This document shows, piece by piece, positions 29,557 through 40,202 of a stretch of DNA of 64,000 nt. The notes under the pieces were generated by a model, which was given only the letters and a program-made list of their open reading frames with translations, was not told the origin of the DNA and searched no databases. The DNA is from Candidatus Bathyarchaeia archaeon. GTDB taxonomy: Archaea > Thermoproteota > Bathyarchaeia > Bathyarchaeales > Bathycorpusculaceae. The translations under genes and the position numbers were made by a program. Where the stretch lies: assembly GCA_050015055.1 (NCBI GenBank), contig JBEKCD010000018.1, forward strand, positions 85 to 64,084, written 5' to 3'. The first letter of the stretch is position 1. Each line of letters starts with the position of its first letter.

Positions 29557-30018
29557 CTATCTTTTCTTGGTTTCCTTTCTCCATCTCTCATTTTCGGCAT
29601 CTTTTGCCTCTGCCATTACTACAACGTCTTTTATGCTCGTTGGTCTGTTGGTAGCCTTGAGAACTAACCTTTCTCTCCATCCGCATTCACGGCATTCGTA
29701 TTTTGGCGGAGTTAGTCCTATATGACCTGACATGTCTCCAGTCATCGAGCCGACTCTACGGACCAATGGGCTTTTGCATTTCGGACAGACTTGAATATCA
29801 ACATACTTCTTTTCCTTTTCCAGCTCTTCCAAACCTTTCATTAGCTCTGGAAATAACTCACTTTCAGCTCTTTCAGTCTCTAAGGAAATAAGATGCTCTT
29901 TCTTTTTCCTCTTTTTCTTCTCTTGCTCTTGTTCCCACATTAGAGGCACTACCATGGAATGCCTACAGAAAATTAACAAACATACTGGTAAGTGCTCAGC
30001 TAGACTCTTCACCCCCAC
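29557..30018 (-). CDS. Zinc-ribbon protein with a Lys/Glu-rich low-complexity N-terminal region
   Basis: 'CPKCKSP...CRECGW' double CxxC. The N-terminal start is uncertain. Confidence 0.4.
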   Translation of the reverse strand: MGVKSLAEHLPVCLLIFCRHSMVVPLMWEQEQEKKKRKKKEHLISLETERAESELFPELMKGLEELEKEKKYVDIQVCPKCKSPLVRRVGSMTGDMSGHIGLTPPKYECRECGWRERLVLKATNRPTSIKDVVVMAEAKDAENERWRKETKKR

Positions 30019-30048
30019 GGAGAAAGTTAATAAGAGAAGGATTCAATT

Positions 30049-30258
30049 TTGAACGTGAAGATGAAGCGTAGAATGAATAGTCGAAGGGTTCGAGAGTTTC
30101 TGTCGTTTGCGCTCATGGCAGGGTTTTTCTTCGTAGTTTTCTACCTTAACATCGGAATTCCATACAAGATATTCATGGCTGTCTTGGTGTTCGCAATGGT
30201 CTTTCTTCTCGGATTCGCCGATGAGGCTGTAAAACAAATAGAAAACAGGAAATTCTGA
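30049..30258 (+). CDS. Small two-transmembrane membrane protein
   Basis: 69 aa with two hydrophobic helices. The overlapping antisense ORF 30043..30321 was judged spurious. Confidence 0.3.
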   Translation: MNVKMKRRMNSRRVREFLSFALMAGFFFVVFYLNIGIPYKIFMAVLVFAMVFLLGFADEAVKQIENRKF

Positions 30259-30374
30259 AACACGAGCAGATACAGTGGATGATAACGTAGAGCTAGGAGG
30301 TTCTGCAATCGCATGGTTCAAATTTGCTCATGGTTTTTTAAGCCCCTCCATAACTAACATTTTGAAAAGCAGCC

Positions 30375-31109
30375 TTGTCAATGCAGCAAGCTCTATCGAC
30401 TGAAGAGGTGCAATTTCAAATGGAAATTGTTGAGGGCATACACAAGGTGGAAGGGGTTAACTCGAACGTCTATCTGATAATCGACGGGGGAGAGCTGACC
30501 CTCGTCGACACTGGAATGCCAAAAAACGCAGAGAAGATCCTTGATTACGTTCATAGGATAAGCCAGCAGTCTTCAAACATCTCGAGGATACTCTTGACGC
30601 ATTGTCACGTAGACCATGTTGGAAGTGCCTTTGAACTCAAGCGGCTCACGAACGCGAAGGTTGGAGTTCACCAGGAAGACGCGGACTTTGTATCTGGGAA
30701 GAAGACGCTTCCAAGCCCAAGAGGTTTCATGGGTGTTCTCTTCAAGGCCATGTCACCGTTTTTCAAGTTCAAGCCAGTCGAGCCGGACATGATACTCCAA
30801 GAAAACGCCAAGGTTGGCAGACTCACAGTCATTCACACACCCGGACATACGCCTGGAAGTGTTTCTCTATACGACCCAGAGAGAAAGGTGCTGTTCGTGG
30901 GCGACACAATCAGGTTTGCCAACGGAAAGATAAGTGGCCCACAAGAACGGTTCACGTTAGACATGCAACAGGCATTAGAGTCCGTCAAAAAGATTTCACG
31001 CTTAGACTTCGATTTGATGCTAAGCGGCCACGGCGATCCCCTGAAACCTAACGCGTCAGAGAAGGTTAAGGAACTCTCCGACTCCTTGGAAGGAAAACTC
31101 CGCGCCTAG
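30375..31109 (+). CDS. MBL-fold metallo-hydrolase
   Basis: 'THCHVDHVG' motif and 'HTPGHTPGS'. Confidence 0.7.
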   Translation: MSMQQALSTEEVQFQMEIVEGIHKVEGVNSNVYLIIDGGELTLVDTGMPKNAEKILDYVHRISQQSSNISRILLTHCHVDHVGSAFELKRLTNAKVGVHQEDADFVSGKKTLPSPRGFMGVLFKAMSPFFKFKPVEPDMILQENAKVGRLTVIHTPGHTPGSVSLYDPERKVLFVGDTIRFANGKISGPQERFTLDMQQALESVKKISRLDFDLMLSGHGDPLKPNASEKVKELSDSLEGKLRA

Positions 31110-31169
31110 CAACCTCGCAGAAAAGGGTAGGAAGCACACGCCTGACAAACTAAACATTCTGAAAACGAG

Positions 31170-32453
31170 TTAATCCTTCATCACCAAAAAAGCGTAGGCT
31201 GCAAGAATTGGCATTATACTGGCGGAGGATATGAAAGCATAAACTGGTGAAAAGGTGTACAAGTAACCTCCCAGATAGGGCCCCGCGAAGGATGCTACTA
31301 GGCCGAAAGTCTGGGGGATTGAGACCCAGAGCCCCCTTTTTGCCTTAGGCGCGATTGTACCGACGAAAGAGTAGACTAACTGAGATGTAATGGCTGAGCC
31401 GCCCAAGAGAAACGCAAAGAACATAAGTGGTGGGATTTCCCTGAACAGGAGGAGAGGAATTATTGAAGCAAAATAGAGTAGAAGACAGACGCCTATAGCT
31501 CCTGATTTCCTCCACTTATCGCTTGCACGGCCCATGGCAACCCCTATGAAAGTTATTCCTGCATAGTTGATCGAACCGAACAGTCCGATTTGCACTTCAT
31601 TCATTTTGACGCTTTCGTTTAGAAACGTCTGGACGAAGGGCCTTCCGATGCCTATGAAGAAAGAAGAAAATGCCAAGAGTATTGACCAAACAAGGATCTT
31701 TCGCCAGGGCCCCTTCTCTTGGGGGGCGTACAAAGCAAGAATCATCCTTTGCCAGAGTCCCTTCTTCCGAGGTGTATCAGCAGATTCGTTTTCCTCTGTT
31801 GTCTGCTCTTTTCGAGGATGCTGGTCGTGAAGAAAGAAGAAAACGCCCGTTGCGACCGCGGAAAGAATTGTTGAAATGCGCAGAACCCACTGCATCCCCA
31901 TGATCGTTGCTAGATAGCCGCCGATTCCGGGGGCGAAAATGTAGCTGAAGGAGTAGCTAGCCCAGACAATCGCAAGGACCGAGGCCAACTTCGTCTTGTC
32001 GCTCACACACGTGATGACGTAAGCAGTTACGGCTGGAAGACCAATCATAGACAGCCCCCAACAGAAAGTCCCAGGAATCAGTTGTAGCCAGTTGCCAGCG
32101 AAAGAATAGATAAGAGGTGCCAATACCCACGGCGTCCAAGACAGTATCAATATCTTTTTGCGATCAAAACGGTCGGCCAGCAAACCCCCGAACAGTGGGA
32201 CCAGAGCTGCAAATCCCATCAAAGTGGACAGAACAAGACCGAGTTGCACGTAGTCGGCGCCCAAAGACCTGATGTACAAGGGAAAAAACCAGAAATACAA
32301 TCCCTCACCAAAAGCGCCCACAACGTTGGAGAGGCAAATCAACAGAACGTCACGTGTCAGACCTGCAGAAGGGAAAGCATAGGACAGAAGACGCTTGTAA
32401 TCTGCCATTTGAACAATCGCCCATCTGAACATTTGACTGTTGAAGACCATCAT
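31170..32453 (-). CDS. MFS transporter
   Basis: 427 aa, 12 predicted transmembrane helices, 'GGLLADRFDRKK' MFS loop motif. Confidence 0.8.
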   Translation of the reverse strand: MMVFNSQMFRWAIVQMADYKRLLSYAFPSAGLTRDVLLICLSNVVGAFGEGLYFWFFPLYIRSLGADYVQLGLVLSTLMGFAALVPLFGGLLADRFDRKKILILSWTPWVLAPLIYSFAGNWLQLIPGTFCWGLSMIGLPAVTAYVITCVSDKTKLASVLAIVWASYSFSYIFAPGIGGYLATIMGMQWVLRISTILSAVATGVFFFLHDQHPRKEQTTEENESADTPRKKGLWQRMILALYAPQEKGPWRKILVWSILLAFSSFFIGIGRPFVQTFLNESVKMNEVQIGLFGSINYAGITFIGVAMGRASDKWRKSGAIGVCLLLYFASIIPLLLFREIPPLMFFAFLLGGSAITSQLVYSFVGTIAPKAKRGLWVSIPQTFGLVASFAGPYLGGYLYTFSPVYAFISSASIMPILAAYAFLVMKD

Positions 32454-32556
32454 AGAAAATCAAAGGAAGGCTTTATGCTTTCTCAACCCGAGTTGGTGCA
32501 CGCCTGATGTGCGCTTAGTATTTATGAGAGTCATGCCCTTCAGGAGGTTGAGGATC

Positions 32557-33441
32557 ATGATGAAAGGTTTGATTTTCTATCTGGTCGACGTGTTTGCTGA
32601 AGAAAAATACGCTGGAAATCAACTTGCAGTAGTCAGGAATGCAGGTGCACTCTCCAGCGCCCAAATGCAAAGAATCGCAAATGAAATGCACTTTTCTGAA
32701 ACAACCTTCATCCTTTCAGACGAGAAGCGAAATGGCGGATACGATGTTCGCATCTTCACGCCCGCAAGGGAAATGCCTTTCGCGGGACATCCAACCTTGG
32801 GCACTGCTTTCGTGATAAGACACAGTTTAGTAAACGAAAACATCAACAAGGTAGTGCTTAACCTAAAAGTGGGGCAGATACCCGTTACTTTCGAAAAAGA
32901 GGAAAACCAAGAGATACCATGGATGAAACAGATACCGCCTATCTTCGGTAAGACCTTTGATGCCGCAAACATCTCGCAGATGTTGAACCTTAGCCTCGAA
33001 GATATCGACAACAACTATCCTATTCAAGAAGTGTCCACGGGCGTTCCCTTCGTCATAGTTCCCCTGAAAACCCTCGACGCAATAAAACGGGTCAGAATAG
33101 ACAAAGACAAACACCTTGAACTGGCAAAAGAAACACAAGCAGAAACTCTTGTTTTCTCCCCTGAAACTTACAAAAAAGAAAACAATCTGAACGTACGCGT
33201 CTTTGTGGAATTGCACGGGATTCCCGAGGATCCGGCGACCGGCTCAGGCAACGGCTGTTTGGCTGGTTACCTTTCCCGATACCGCTATTTTGGCGATGAC
33301 TCAGTTAGTGCAAGAGTGGAGCAAGGCTACGAAATAGGCAGGCCCTCTTTACTGCATATCAAAGCGGAAAACAGAGAAGGAGAAATACATGTTTACGTAG
33401 GAGGAAAGGTAGTGATGGTCGCCAACGGAGAACTCACCTGA
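32557..33441 (+). CDS. PhzF-family isomerase
   Basis: Start reassigned to 'MMKGLIFYLVDVFAEEKYAGNQLAVV', the PhzF N-terminal signature. An RBS-like 'ggaggttgagg' lies upstream. Confidence 0.7.
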   Translation: MMKGLIFYLVDVFAEEKYAGNQLAVVRNAGALSSAQMQRIANEMHFSETTFILSDEKRNGGYDVRIFTPAREMPFAGHPTLGTAFVIRHSLVNENINKVVLNLKVGQIPVTFEKEENQEIPWMKQIPPIFGKTFDAANISQMLNLSLEDIDNNYPIQEVSTGVPFVIVPLKTLDAIKRVRIDKDKHLELAKETQAETLVFSPETYKKENNLNVRVFVELHGIPEDPATGSGNGCLAGYLSRYRYFGDDSVSARVEQGYEIGRPSLLHIKAENREGEIHVYVGGKVVMVANGELT

Positions 33442-33791
33442 TCCAAGAGCAACTCATGACCCAAAACCGGTTGGCCACATCAGGCGCGCATGCAGCTCTG
33501 CCATGCGTGAAGTTACCGAGTGCGTTTCTTAACAAACCACTCCGCATCGGGCTTCCTAGTCCGAATTGGCACTGCATCATACTCAAACAGCGAAGTTTTC
33601 TTCATCTTCTCTCCATTCCCTGAAGAAAGAGAAACGACCGATTATGCTCAAGTACTTTTTCAAAATAGAAACTATATTCTATATATTCTATAGAGGTTCA
33701 GCACCGCCTAGGCTGGTCTTGCTATCACATCTGGCTTCTACATTATACCTAATGGGCACAAGTTTTGCACGGTTCAGGAGCGAGTGAGAAA

Positions 33792-34433
33792 CTAGGTTTG
33801 AGGAGTTTTGTCAACGATTTTGTCTTTCTTAGGTTCGGTCTCTTTGCTTCCAGGTATTGAAATGACGACCTCGACTGCTATGATAATAATTATTAGAGCC
33901 AATATCAGGTACACGCCCGACTGATCGCGCATAAAAAGTGCAAGATGCCCTATCCAGGGGATTCGAAGAATGACTTTGCCGACCACAAGGTTGGCCGGTA
34001 CTAGCCCACCTGGCGGCGGCCCGGGTGCGTTGTTCGCATCTCCTTGAGTGATGAAAACGATTTGGCCGTCTACCATTGTTTCTCCGATTGCTCTGTGAAC
34101 TATTAATTCGTCGCTCCCTGGACTCTTATGGAAAACGAGGATGTCGCCGACGGGGTATGGCCCTGAGTGAATGTCTGAGGCGTTTACGCCTTGAATTATG
34201 ATCAAATCTCCCGTGTGAAGTGTTCGGGCAAACGGGTGGGACCATCCGTCGCACTGATTCGGCTGCACGAGGCACATGCTTCCTGAAGCGACAGCTAGCA
34301 TTGGATAGTCAGTGTTAAGCGCGAATCTCAGGCCAAACCAGAAGCCGAACACCACTACAACAATCAAAACAATCGTTATCGCTGTCTGAAAATACTCGTT
34401 CTTCCACAAGCGCCTATATCTCGGAGTCGTCAA
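33792..34433 (-). CDS. Archaeal signal peptidase I (Sec11/S26B-like)
   Basis: N-terminal transmembrane segment, catalytic 'SGSM' box, and 'GDLIIIQG'. Confidence 0.7.
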   Translation of the reverse strand: MTTPRYRRLWKNEYFQTAITIVLIVVVVFGFWFGLRFALNTDYPMLAVASGSMCLVQPNQCDGWSHPFARTLHTGDLIIIQGVNASDIHSGPYPVGDILVFHKSPGSDELIVHRAIGETMVDGQIVFITQGDANNAPGPPPGGLVPANLVVGKVILRIPWIGHLALFMRDQSGVYLILALIIIIIAVEVVISIPGSKETEPKKDKIVDKTPQT

Positions 34434-34553
34434 TGGCTTGCCTTCTCGTCGTAAACGCTTTGGATGAGTTAGTGGTAGGCGACTCTAAAACTTAGCGCTT
34501 CAAAGATGAAAAAGAGGGGGAGGTCGCGTCTTAAGGTGAGCAGCGCGTCGGTT

Positions 34554-34739
34554 TTAGATCTTCCTCTTGCTTAGCACTTCACGGAATTGCTTGTGACACT
34601 TCGGGCATTCGTAAAGCCCAATCTCAAGCTCCATTCTCTTTCCTGCCTTGTCAGGACGACCTGCCATTTTCCATGACTTCTTTGGCTTTGGAACTTCGGT
34701 TCCACATTTTGGACATTTAGGCAATTTAACTTCCTCCAA
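34554..34739 (-). CDS. Small CPxCG zinc-ribbon protein
   Basis: 61 aa with 'CPKCG...CPKCH'. Divergent from the Lhr gene. Confidence 0.5.
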   Translation of the reverse strand: MEEVKLPKCPKCGTEVPKPKKSWKMAGRPDKAGKRMELEIGLYECPKCHKQFREVLSKRKI

Positions 34740-35004
34740 TGTATTTCGATATTGATGGTTTCTGATGATGATAGATAAATAACTTTCCGTTGATCTCGTT
34801 TAGCAAACTCTTCAAAAATTACGATGAGATGTGATGATCACAGAAAAGCGCGAGCCATGCGCACTTGCTCAGCGGACTTGGTTCCAAGTTCTACCAACTT
34901 TCCTTCGCCCTGTCATTGTCCATGCTTCAGAGGTGGTTTCCAAAACGCTTTTACCTAGGGTTTCAAGCTTATTCCAACTGGTTTCAAGGTAGGTTAGGCG
35001 AATA

Positions 35005-37884
35005 TTGAACGATAGTCCGGCAAATGCTTTTGAGCTGCTTGTAAAGCCTGTGCGAAAGCTCATCGACCAGAAAGGATTTCCAAGGCCGACCGAGCCTCAA
35101 GAAAAGACTATCCCCCTGATTCTTGAAGGAAAGAACGTTCTCCTGATTTCGCCTACGGCTACTGGCAAGACTGAAGCTGCGTTCTTGCCGGTCTTGAGCA
35201 CACTTCTTCAGGGGCAACAAGGAGTCCCTGGAATTAAGGTCCTGTACATCACTCCACTGCGGGCCTTGAACAGGGACATGCTTGAACGTCTCGAGTGGTG
35301 GTGTAACAACCTGGACATAAAGTTGGCTGTAAGACACGGAGACACTGAAACCAAAGAGAGAGTGCGCCAGTCCAGAAGCCCGCCGGACATTCTGATAACG
35401 ACTCCCGAGACTTTGCAGGCAATTCTGTCCGGCTGGATCATGCGCCAGCATCTACAGAAAGTGCAGTGGGTCATAGTCGATGAAGTGCATGAAATGGCGG
35501 ACAGCAAGCGCGGAAGCCAGCTAGCCCTAGCCTTGGAACGGCTCAGGGCCATGATCGGCAGAGACTTCCAACTGATAGGCTTGTCCGCAACGATTGGCAG
35601 TCCAGAGAGAGTTGGCCAGTTTCTCGTCGGCAAAGGAAGAAGCGTCGAAATCGTGCGGGTTCCAGTTGCAAGAATGATGCATTTGAAAATCATTTTTCCA
35701 ACGCCTGACGATGAAGACGTGCGATTGTCAACGAGGCTCTACACGCACCCCGAAGTCGCAGCTCGATTGCGAATCATCCGAGATTACATCAAGGAACACA
35801 AGTCCGTTCTGCTTTTTACAAACACGCGTGCCGTGTCTGAAGTCTTGGCCAGCAGGTTCAAAGTTTGGGACATCGACTTTCCAGTGTCCATCCATCACGG
35901 CTCGCTCGCCAAGCCGTCACGCATCGCAGCCGAAAAAGGGTTGAAGAGCGGCGAGTTGAGGGGGCTTGTCTGCACGAGCTCGCTTGAACTGGGCATCGAC
36001 ATCGGCAGCATAGACCTCGTCATCCAATACATGAGCCCAAGACAGGCAACGAGGCTCATCCAACGAGTGGGAAGAAGCGGCCACAGCATCGGCCGAGTAG
36101 CCGAAGGAATCATAGTGGCGTTAGACTCGGACGATGCGCTCGAGGCCCTAGTCATAGCCAAGAAAGCGCTGAAAGAAGACTTGGAACCGGTGCAGATCCC
36201 GCCCAAGCCCTATGACGTTCTTGCACATCAGATTGCAGGCCTGCTGCTCAAGAACAGACGGCTAGGTTTCGACGAGATTCTAGAGCTCTTCAAGAACGCT
36301 TATCCCTATGAAGACTTGACGGTTGAAGATGTTGAGAAAGTTCTCAGGTACATGCATCAGCGTTTCCCACGTTTGGCCTGGGTCTCTTTCGAGGATAAGA
36401 TGGTTTTGAAGCCGAGGCAGGCCAAGGCGCTGTTTGAGTATTATTTTGACAATCTGTCCATGATTCCTGAAGAGAAACAGTTTCTCGTAGTGGATGAGAC
36501 GAGCGACTCTTCGGTCGGAGTCTTGGATGAGGCGTTCATGGCAGAGTTCGGCAAGCCCGGCACGAAGTTCATCATCAGAGGAAGCCCATGGATAATTCAA
36601 CACGTTTCCGAGGAGAGAGTGCACGTCAGGCCCATAGACGATCCAACCGGAGCCATACCCAGCTGGATAGGCGAAGAAATTCCTGTGCCTTTTGAGGTCT
36701 CGCAGGAAGTAGGCGCTATGAGAGGATTCGTGGAAGAACAGTTAGGAAAGAAAAGTTCGATCGAGAGCATTGCAACCGAATTGAGTAAACAGTATCCTGC
36801 TGACCAAGACGTTATTCTGCGCGCATTAACAGAAACGGTTGACCACGTAAATGCTGGTTACCTCGTTCCTACGGATAAGCGAATAACCGTCGAAGACTGG
36901 GGCGAGTTCGTTCTGATTCACATCAACTTCGGTTCGCTTACGAACAGAGCATTGGCTCAGTTGTTAGGCCAGTTGCTCTCTGAAAAAATCGGGTACACGG
37001 CTGTGGTTCAGCATGATCCGTACCGAATCTTCGTGCAAACGATGGGCACAGTTAACGCAGATCACATTGTCAAATTGTTTGGCGACATGCAAGCCTTGTC
37101 TGAACGGGCTGTTAGAGACGGTTTGACAGCGGCCACTTTAAAAACTGGGCTCTTCAAGAGGCGAATGATACACGTGGCGCGTCGTTTTGGAGCGTTGCAG
37201 AAGTGGGCTGACTTCGGCAGTGTGAGTCTTCAGAAGTTGGCGAAGAGTTTTGAGGAAACGCCCATTCACGAGGAAGCTTTGAAGGAAGTGTTCACCAAGG
37301 ACTTGGACCTGGACAAGCTCATCAGCGTTCTTGCAGAAATGCGGAAGGGCGAAATCACGGTTCGGAAAATTGAAACTGGCGGAAACGCGTCGCCAATTGC
37401 TCGTGCAGGAATTGAGCGCATGAGCATGAAAACCGATTTGATTCCTCCCGAGAGAATGCGGGCCGTGCTCATAGAGTCCGCAAAGGCAAGGTTGCTCAAC
37501 GAGACAAACAGTTTTCTGTGCACGAACTGTTGGAGCTACATGGAGATGATGAGGGTCAAGGATTTGCCTGATAGGCCGAAATGTCCAAAATGCGGTTCGT
37601 TCGCGATTGGGCTTCTCAGAGTCGAAGAGGAGAAGGCGCTGTCCATGGTTGAAAAGGGAAACGAAAAGCTGAGCAAGAGCGAAGAAAAACTGCACAATCA
37701 AGCCCTGCAAACAGCGCAGCTAATAGAGAAGTTCGGAAAAGCCGCTGCAGTCGCCTTTTGTGCCAGAAGAATGCAGCCCTCAGACGTCAAGGCCGTTCTG
37801 GAAAAGGAATCCAAGCTCAATGACAGATTCTATGAACTCGTCCTTGAAGCGGAGCGCAAAGCCATGAGCAAGAGGTTCTGGTAG
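35005..37884 (+). CDS. Lhr-like large superfamily-2 helicase with C-terminal zinc ribbon
   Basis: Walker A 'SPTATGKTEA', 'DEVH' box, 'SATIG', and a C-terminal 'CTNCW...CPKCGS'. 959 aa. Confidence 0.85.
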   Translation: MNDSPANAFELLVKPVRKLIDQKGFPRPTEPQEKTIPLILEGKNVLLISPTATGKTEAAFLPVLSTLLQGQQGVPGIKVLYITPLRALNRDMLERLEWWCNNLDIKLAVRHGDTETKERVRQSRSPPDILITTPETLQAILSGWIMRQHLQKVQWVIVDEVHEMADSKRGSQLALALERLRAMIGRDFQLIGLSATIGSPERVGQFLVGKGRSVEIVRVPVARMMHLKIIFPTPDDEDVRLSTRLYTHPEVAARLRIIRDYIKEHKSVLLFTNTRAVSEVLASRFKVWDIDFPVSIHHGSLAKPSRIAAEKGLKSGELRGLVCTSSLELGIDIGSIDLVIQYMSPRQATRLIQRVGRSGHSIGRVAEGIIVALDSDDALEALVIAKKALKEDLEPVQIPPKPYDVLAHQIAGLLLKNRRLGFDEILELFKNAYPYEDLTVEDVEKVLRYMHQRFPRLAWVSFEDKMVLKPRQAKALFEYYFDNLSMIPEEKQFLVVDETSDSSVGVLDEAFMAEFGKPGTKFIIRGSPWIIQHVSEERVHVRPIDDPTGAIPSWIGEEIPVPFEVSQEVGAMRGFVEEQLGKKSSIESIATELSKQYPADQDVILRALTETVDHVNAGYLVPTDKRITVEDWGEFVLIHINFGSLTNRALAQLLGQLLSEKIGYTAVVQHDPYRIFVQTMGTVNADHIVKLFGDMQALSERAVRDGLTAATLKTGLFKRRMIHVARRFGALQKWADFGSVSLQKLAKSFEETPIHEEALKEVFTKDLDLDKLISVLAEMRKGEITVRKIETGGNASPIARAGIERMSMKTDLIPPERMRAVLIESAKARLLNETNSFLCTNCWSYMEMMRVKDLPDRPKCPKCGSFAIGLLRVEEEKALSMVEKGNEKLSKSEEKLHNQALQTAQLIEKFGKAAAVAFCARRMQPSDVKAVLEKESKLNDRFYELVLEAERKAMSKRFW

Positions 37885-38043
37885 ATCTGTAGGCCGCTAT
37901 CAATTAGAGTGAGAATCCGAGTCTTCCAATTTCGAGAAGGATACAGAACCCTTAGTTCATTACCGTCTAGCCTCCGCTCCGGTTCCGCAATCTGGTCGGC
38001 ATACAGCGTTCTGTGAATGAGTGCGACTTACAACAAGTTTTAA

Positions 38044-38430
38044 ATGAATCCGTACCTATCTGTGCCTAGACACTTTGCTGCTTACCACGTGAGGAAAAAC
38101 ACTTTGGAAATAAGTCGGAAGAAGCTTCGAGAAGAAGTTCTTGAAAGAATCAAGTACGTCAAAACGTGTGTTTTGGCGAGGGAAGCGTGTCTGTTGGTTC
38201 GTACCAACCGCGCTGTGCTCGAGCCGAAGGATGTTCAGGAAATCTGCCTTTCGATATCAAAGCTCTGCAAGGAAGAGGACTGTCAGGAACAAAGCGAAAT
38301 GTGCCGCAAGGCTGCTGAGGCCGTGGGTTCAGGAGAAGAAGAAAAATACCTTGAACTGTGCGCTCAAAGCTGCATGAAATGCGGAGAAGCCCGTCAGCCC
38401 CCGCCGAAGAAAGCCACGTACGTCTCTTGA
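38044..38430 (+). CDS. Cysteine-rich helical protein (possibly a four-helix-bundle metal-binding DUF326-like protein)
   Basis: Repeated spaced Cys patterns ('CVLAREACLL', 'CLSISKLCKEEDCQEQSEMC', 'CAQSCMKCGEA'). Confidence 0.3.
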   Translation: MNPYLSVPRHFAAYHVRKNTLEISRKKLREEVLERIKYVKTCVLAREACLLVRTNRAVLEPKDVQEICLSISKLCKEEDCQEQSEMCRKAAEAVGSGEEEKYLELCAQSCMKCGEARQPPPKKATYVS

Positions 38431-38511
38431 ACCATCGAAAGTGTTTAAAGCAACAAAATCACTGGTTAAACCAGAAAATACAATAAGCCACACAGTAACG
38501 GAGGTCTCACG

Positions 38512-38988
38512 GTGTTCATAGCGCCCTTTGTTCCAAGTCCACCACAAGTTGTTCATCAAATGCTAGTGCTCGCCGAGTTGAAGCCCGGCGAAGTTTTCTT
38601 CGACCTAGGAGCAGGTGACGGTAGAACTGTGATAATGGCGGCAAAGGATTTTAGTGCAAGAGCAGTCGGCGTGGAACTGCGAGAGGACCTGGTTAAGAAG
38701 GCCTTAGGCACGATTTACGAACAGAATCTGCAAGACAGGATAACTATAGTGAACGGAGACATGTTCAACGTTGACTTAACATCAGCAGACGTCATCTTCC
38801 TTTACTTAACCACAAGCGCAAACGATAAGATCAAGGGGAAACTTGAAAGTGAGCTCAAACGCGGTGTGCGCATCGTTTCTCACGATTACGAGATCGTCGG
38901 CTGGAAACCCGTCAAGGTTGTGAATTTCTGTGAAAACCAGACCTTGGGGTTCCCTTCCCACACGATTTACCTCTACACGAAACCCTAG
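38512..38988 (+). CDS. Class I SAM-dependent methyltransferase (small)
   Basis: 'FFDLGAGDGRTV' motif I and 'VNGDM' motif. Confidence 0.6.
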   Translation: MFIAPFVPSPPQVVHQMLVLAELKPGEVFFDLGAGDGRTVIMAAKDFSARAVGVELREDLVKKALGTIYEQNLQDRITIVNGDMFNVDLTSADVIFLYLTTSANDKIKGKLESELKRGVRIVSHDYEIVGWKPVKVVNFCENQTLGFPSHTIYLYTKP

Positions 38989-39001
38989 TCGGTGATACAC
39001 C

Positions 39002-39427
39002 GTGTCCCACAGTTCTTTCAAGACCACAGTGAGAGTAACGTGGGCGGACACCGACGCAGCAGGAGTCGTGCACTTTTCAAGATTCTTCGTGTATTTTGAG
39101 AGGACAGAAGAAGAATTTTACCGATCTCTGGGGCTCAGCTTCACGGACTTGAGAAACAAGGGACTTTGGCTTCCAAGGGTAGAAGCTTTCTGCCAGTACA
39201 AGAAACCAGCAAGATTTGAAGACATGCTTGAAGTGGAGTTGACCCTTGAACAATTGAGAGAGAAGTCTGCCAAACTCGGCTTTACCGTCACCAACAAAGA
39301 AACGGCAGAACTGCTGGCAACCGGGTACTTTGTGGTCGTGGCAGCTGACAAAAACACTGGAAAGGCCACGCAGATTCCAAAAGAATTCGCTGACAAACTG
39401 AAACCCTTTGCCAAGCAGATTTTATAA
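39002..39427 (+). CDS. Acyl-CoA thioesterase (4HBT/YbgC-like hotdog fold)
   Basis: 'WADTDAAGVVHFSRFFVYFE' hotdog signature. Confidence 0.7.
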   Translation: MSHSSFKTTVRVTWADTDAAGVVHFSRFFVYFERTEEEFYRSLGLSFTDLRNKGLWLPRVEAFCQYKKPARFEDMLEVELTLEQLREKSAKLGFTVTNKETAELLATGYFVVVAADKNTGKATQIPKEFADKLKPFAKQIL

Positions 39428-39453
39428 GAGACGCGGATTCTTGATTCCAAACA

Positions 39454-39996
39454 GTGAAGGACACAATGCAATATATTCCATGGAAGCACATCGTAGACTG
39501 GAAATGCATTTCATGCGGAGACTGTTGCAGACTCTACAGCGTCGTCATAGACTTCGGAGAATGGCTTGGAATCATCAAGAACTACGGAGTGGAGCACACC
39601 GCTTCCGGCCTGAGCAAGCTGTTCATAAACCGAAGGAGCGACGGCTCGTGCGCGTTCCTTAACAATGGTTCAAACACTTCCCTTTGTGGACTGCAGCACA
39701 TGAAGCCTAAGGCGTGTCAACTCTGGCCCTTCAGGGTTCTGCCAAGACCCGAATATGGATACCCAAGCGAGGCCCTCTACGTCTACCGAGGACGACCCCT
39801 GTTCGTGTACGCAGATCCAATGTGCCGGGGTCTCAGACTTGGAAGGCCCACGTTCGAGTTCGCAAATTACACGATGGAGGAATTTGTGGAAATCGCGGCG
39901 GGAATCCGCAGCAACCAGCTCAGGACCACTGCAGGCATCAGGTATTCTCAAACCTCTATGAGGCTCGAGTTTACGCGGGGTAATGGCCGCTGGTAG
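39454..39996 (+). CDS. YkgJ-family (UPF0153) cysteine-cluster protein
   Basis: 'CISCGDCCR' with distal 'CAF...C..C' cysteines. Confidence 0.6.
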   Translation: MKDTMQYIPWKHIVDWKCISCGDCCRLYSVVIDFGEWLGIIKNYGVEHTASGLSKLFINRRSDGSCAFLNNGSNTSLCGLQHMKPKACQLWPFRVLPRPEYGYPSEALYVYRGRPLFVYADPMCRGLRLGRPTFEFANYTMEEFVEIAAGIRSNQLRTTAGIRYSQTSMRLEFTRGNGRW

Positions 39997-40202
39997 GAAC
40001 AAAGCGCGCGTTCCAGTTCACAAGTTAGAGGAGAAGGCTTTGCGCCAGACTGGTCACATTTGCACAGAACACCTAACTCTTGTGACCACTTCTCTACTAG
40101 TTTGAGGCAAGATAGAATGAAGTTCGGATACCTGTGCGGCACGGCAGAAGCTATATGCGGACGCCTAGACAGTGTGGAGAAAATCGGCGTGCGGTGAAGA
40201 GC

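Noticed and set aside
33672-33689. Tandem 9-bp duplication tatattcta ×2 between convergent gene ends
   Set aside because: It is too short and isolated and is likely simple replication slippage in an A/T-rich terminator region. Low information content.
34764-34856. UGAUGA-like boxes ('tgatgatgatag', 'gatgagatgtgatgatcacaga') suggesting a C/D-box sRNA between the zinc-ribbon gene and Lhr
   Set aside because: The spacing between the candidate C and C' boxes is about 70 nt, and no proper CUGA D/D' boxes sit at the right distances. It is more likely a chance A/T-rich divergent promoter sequence.
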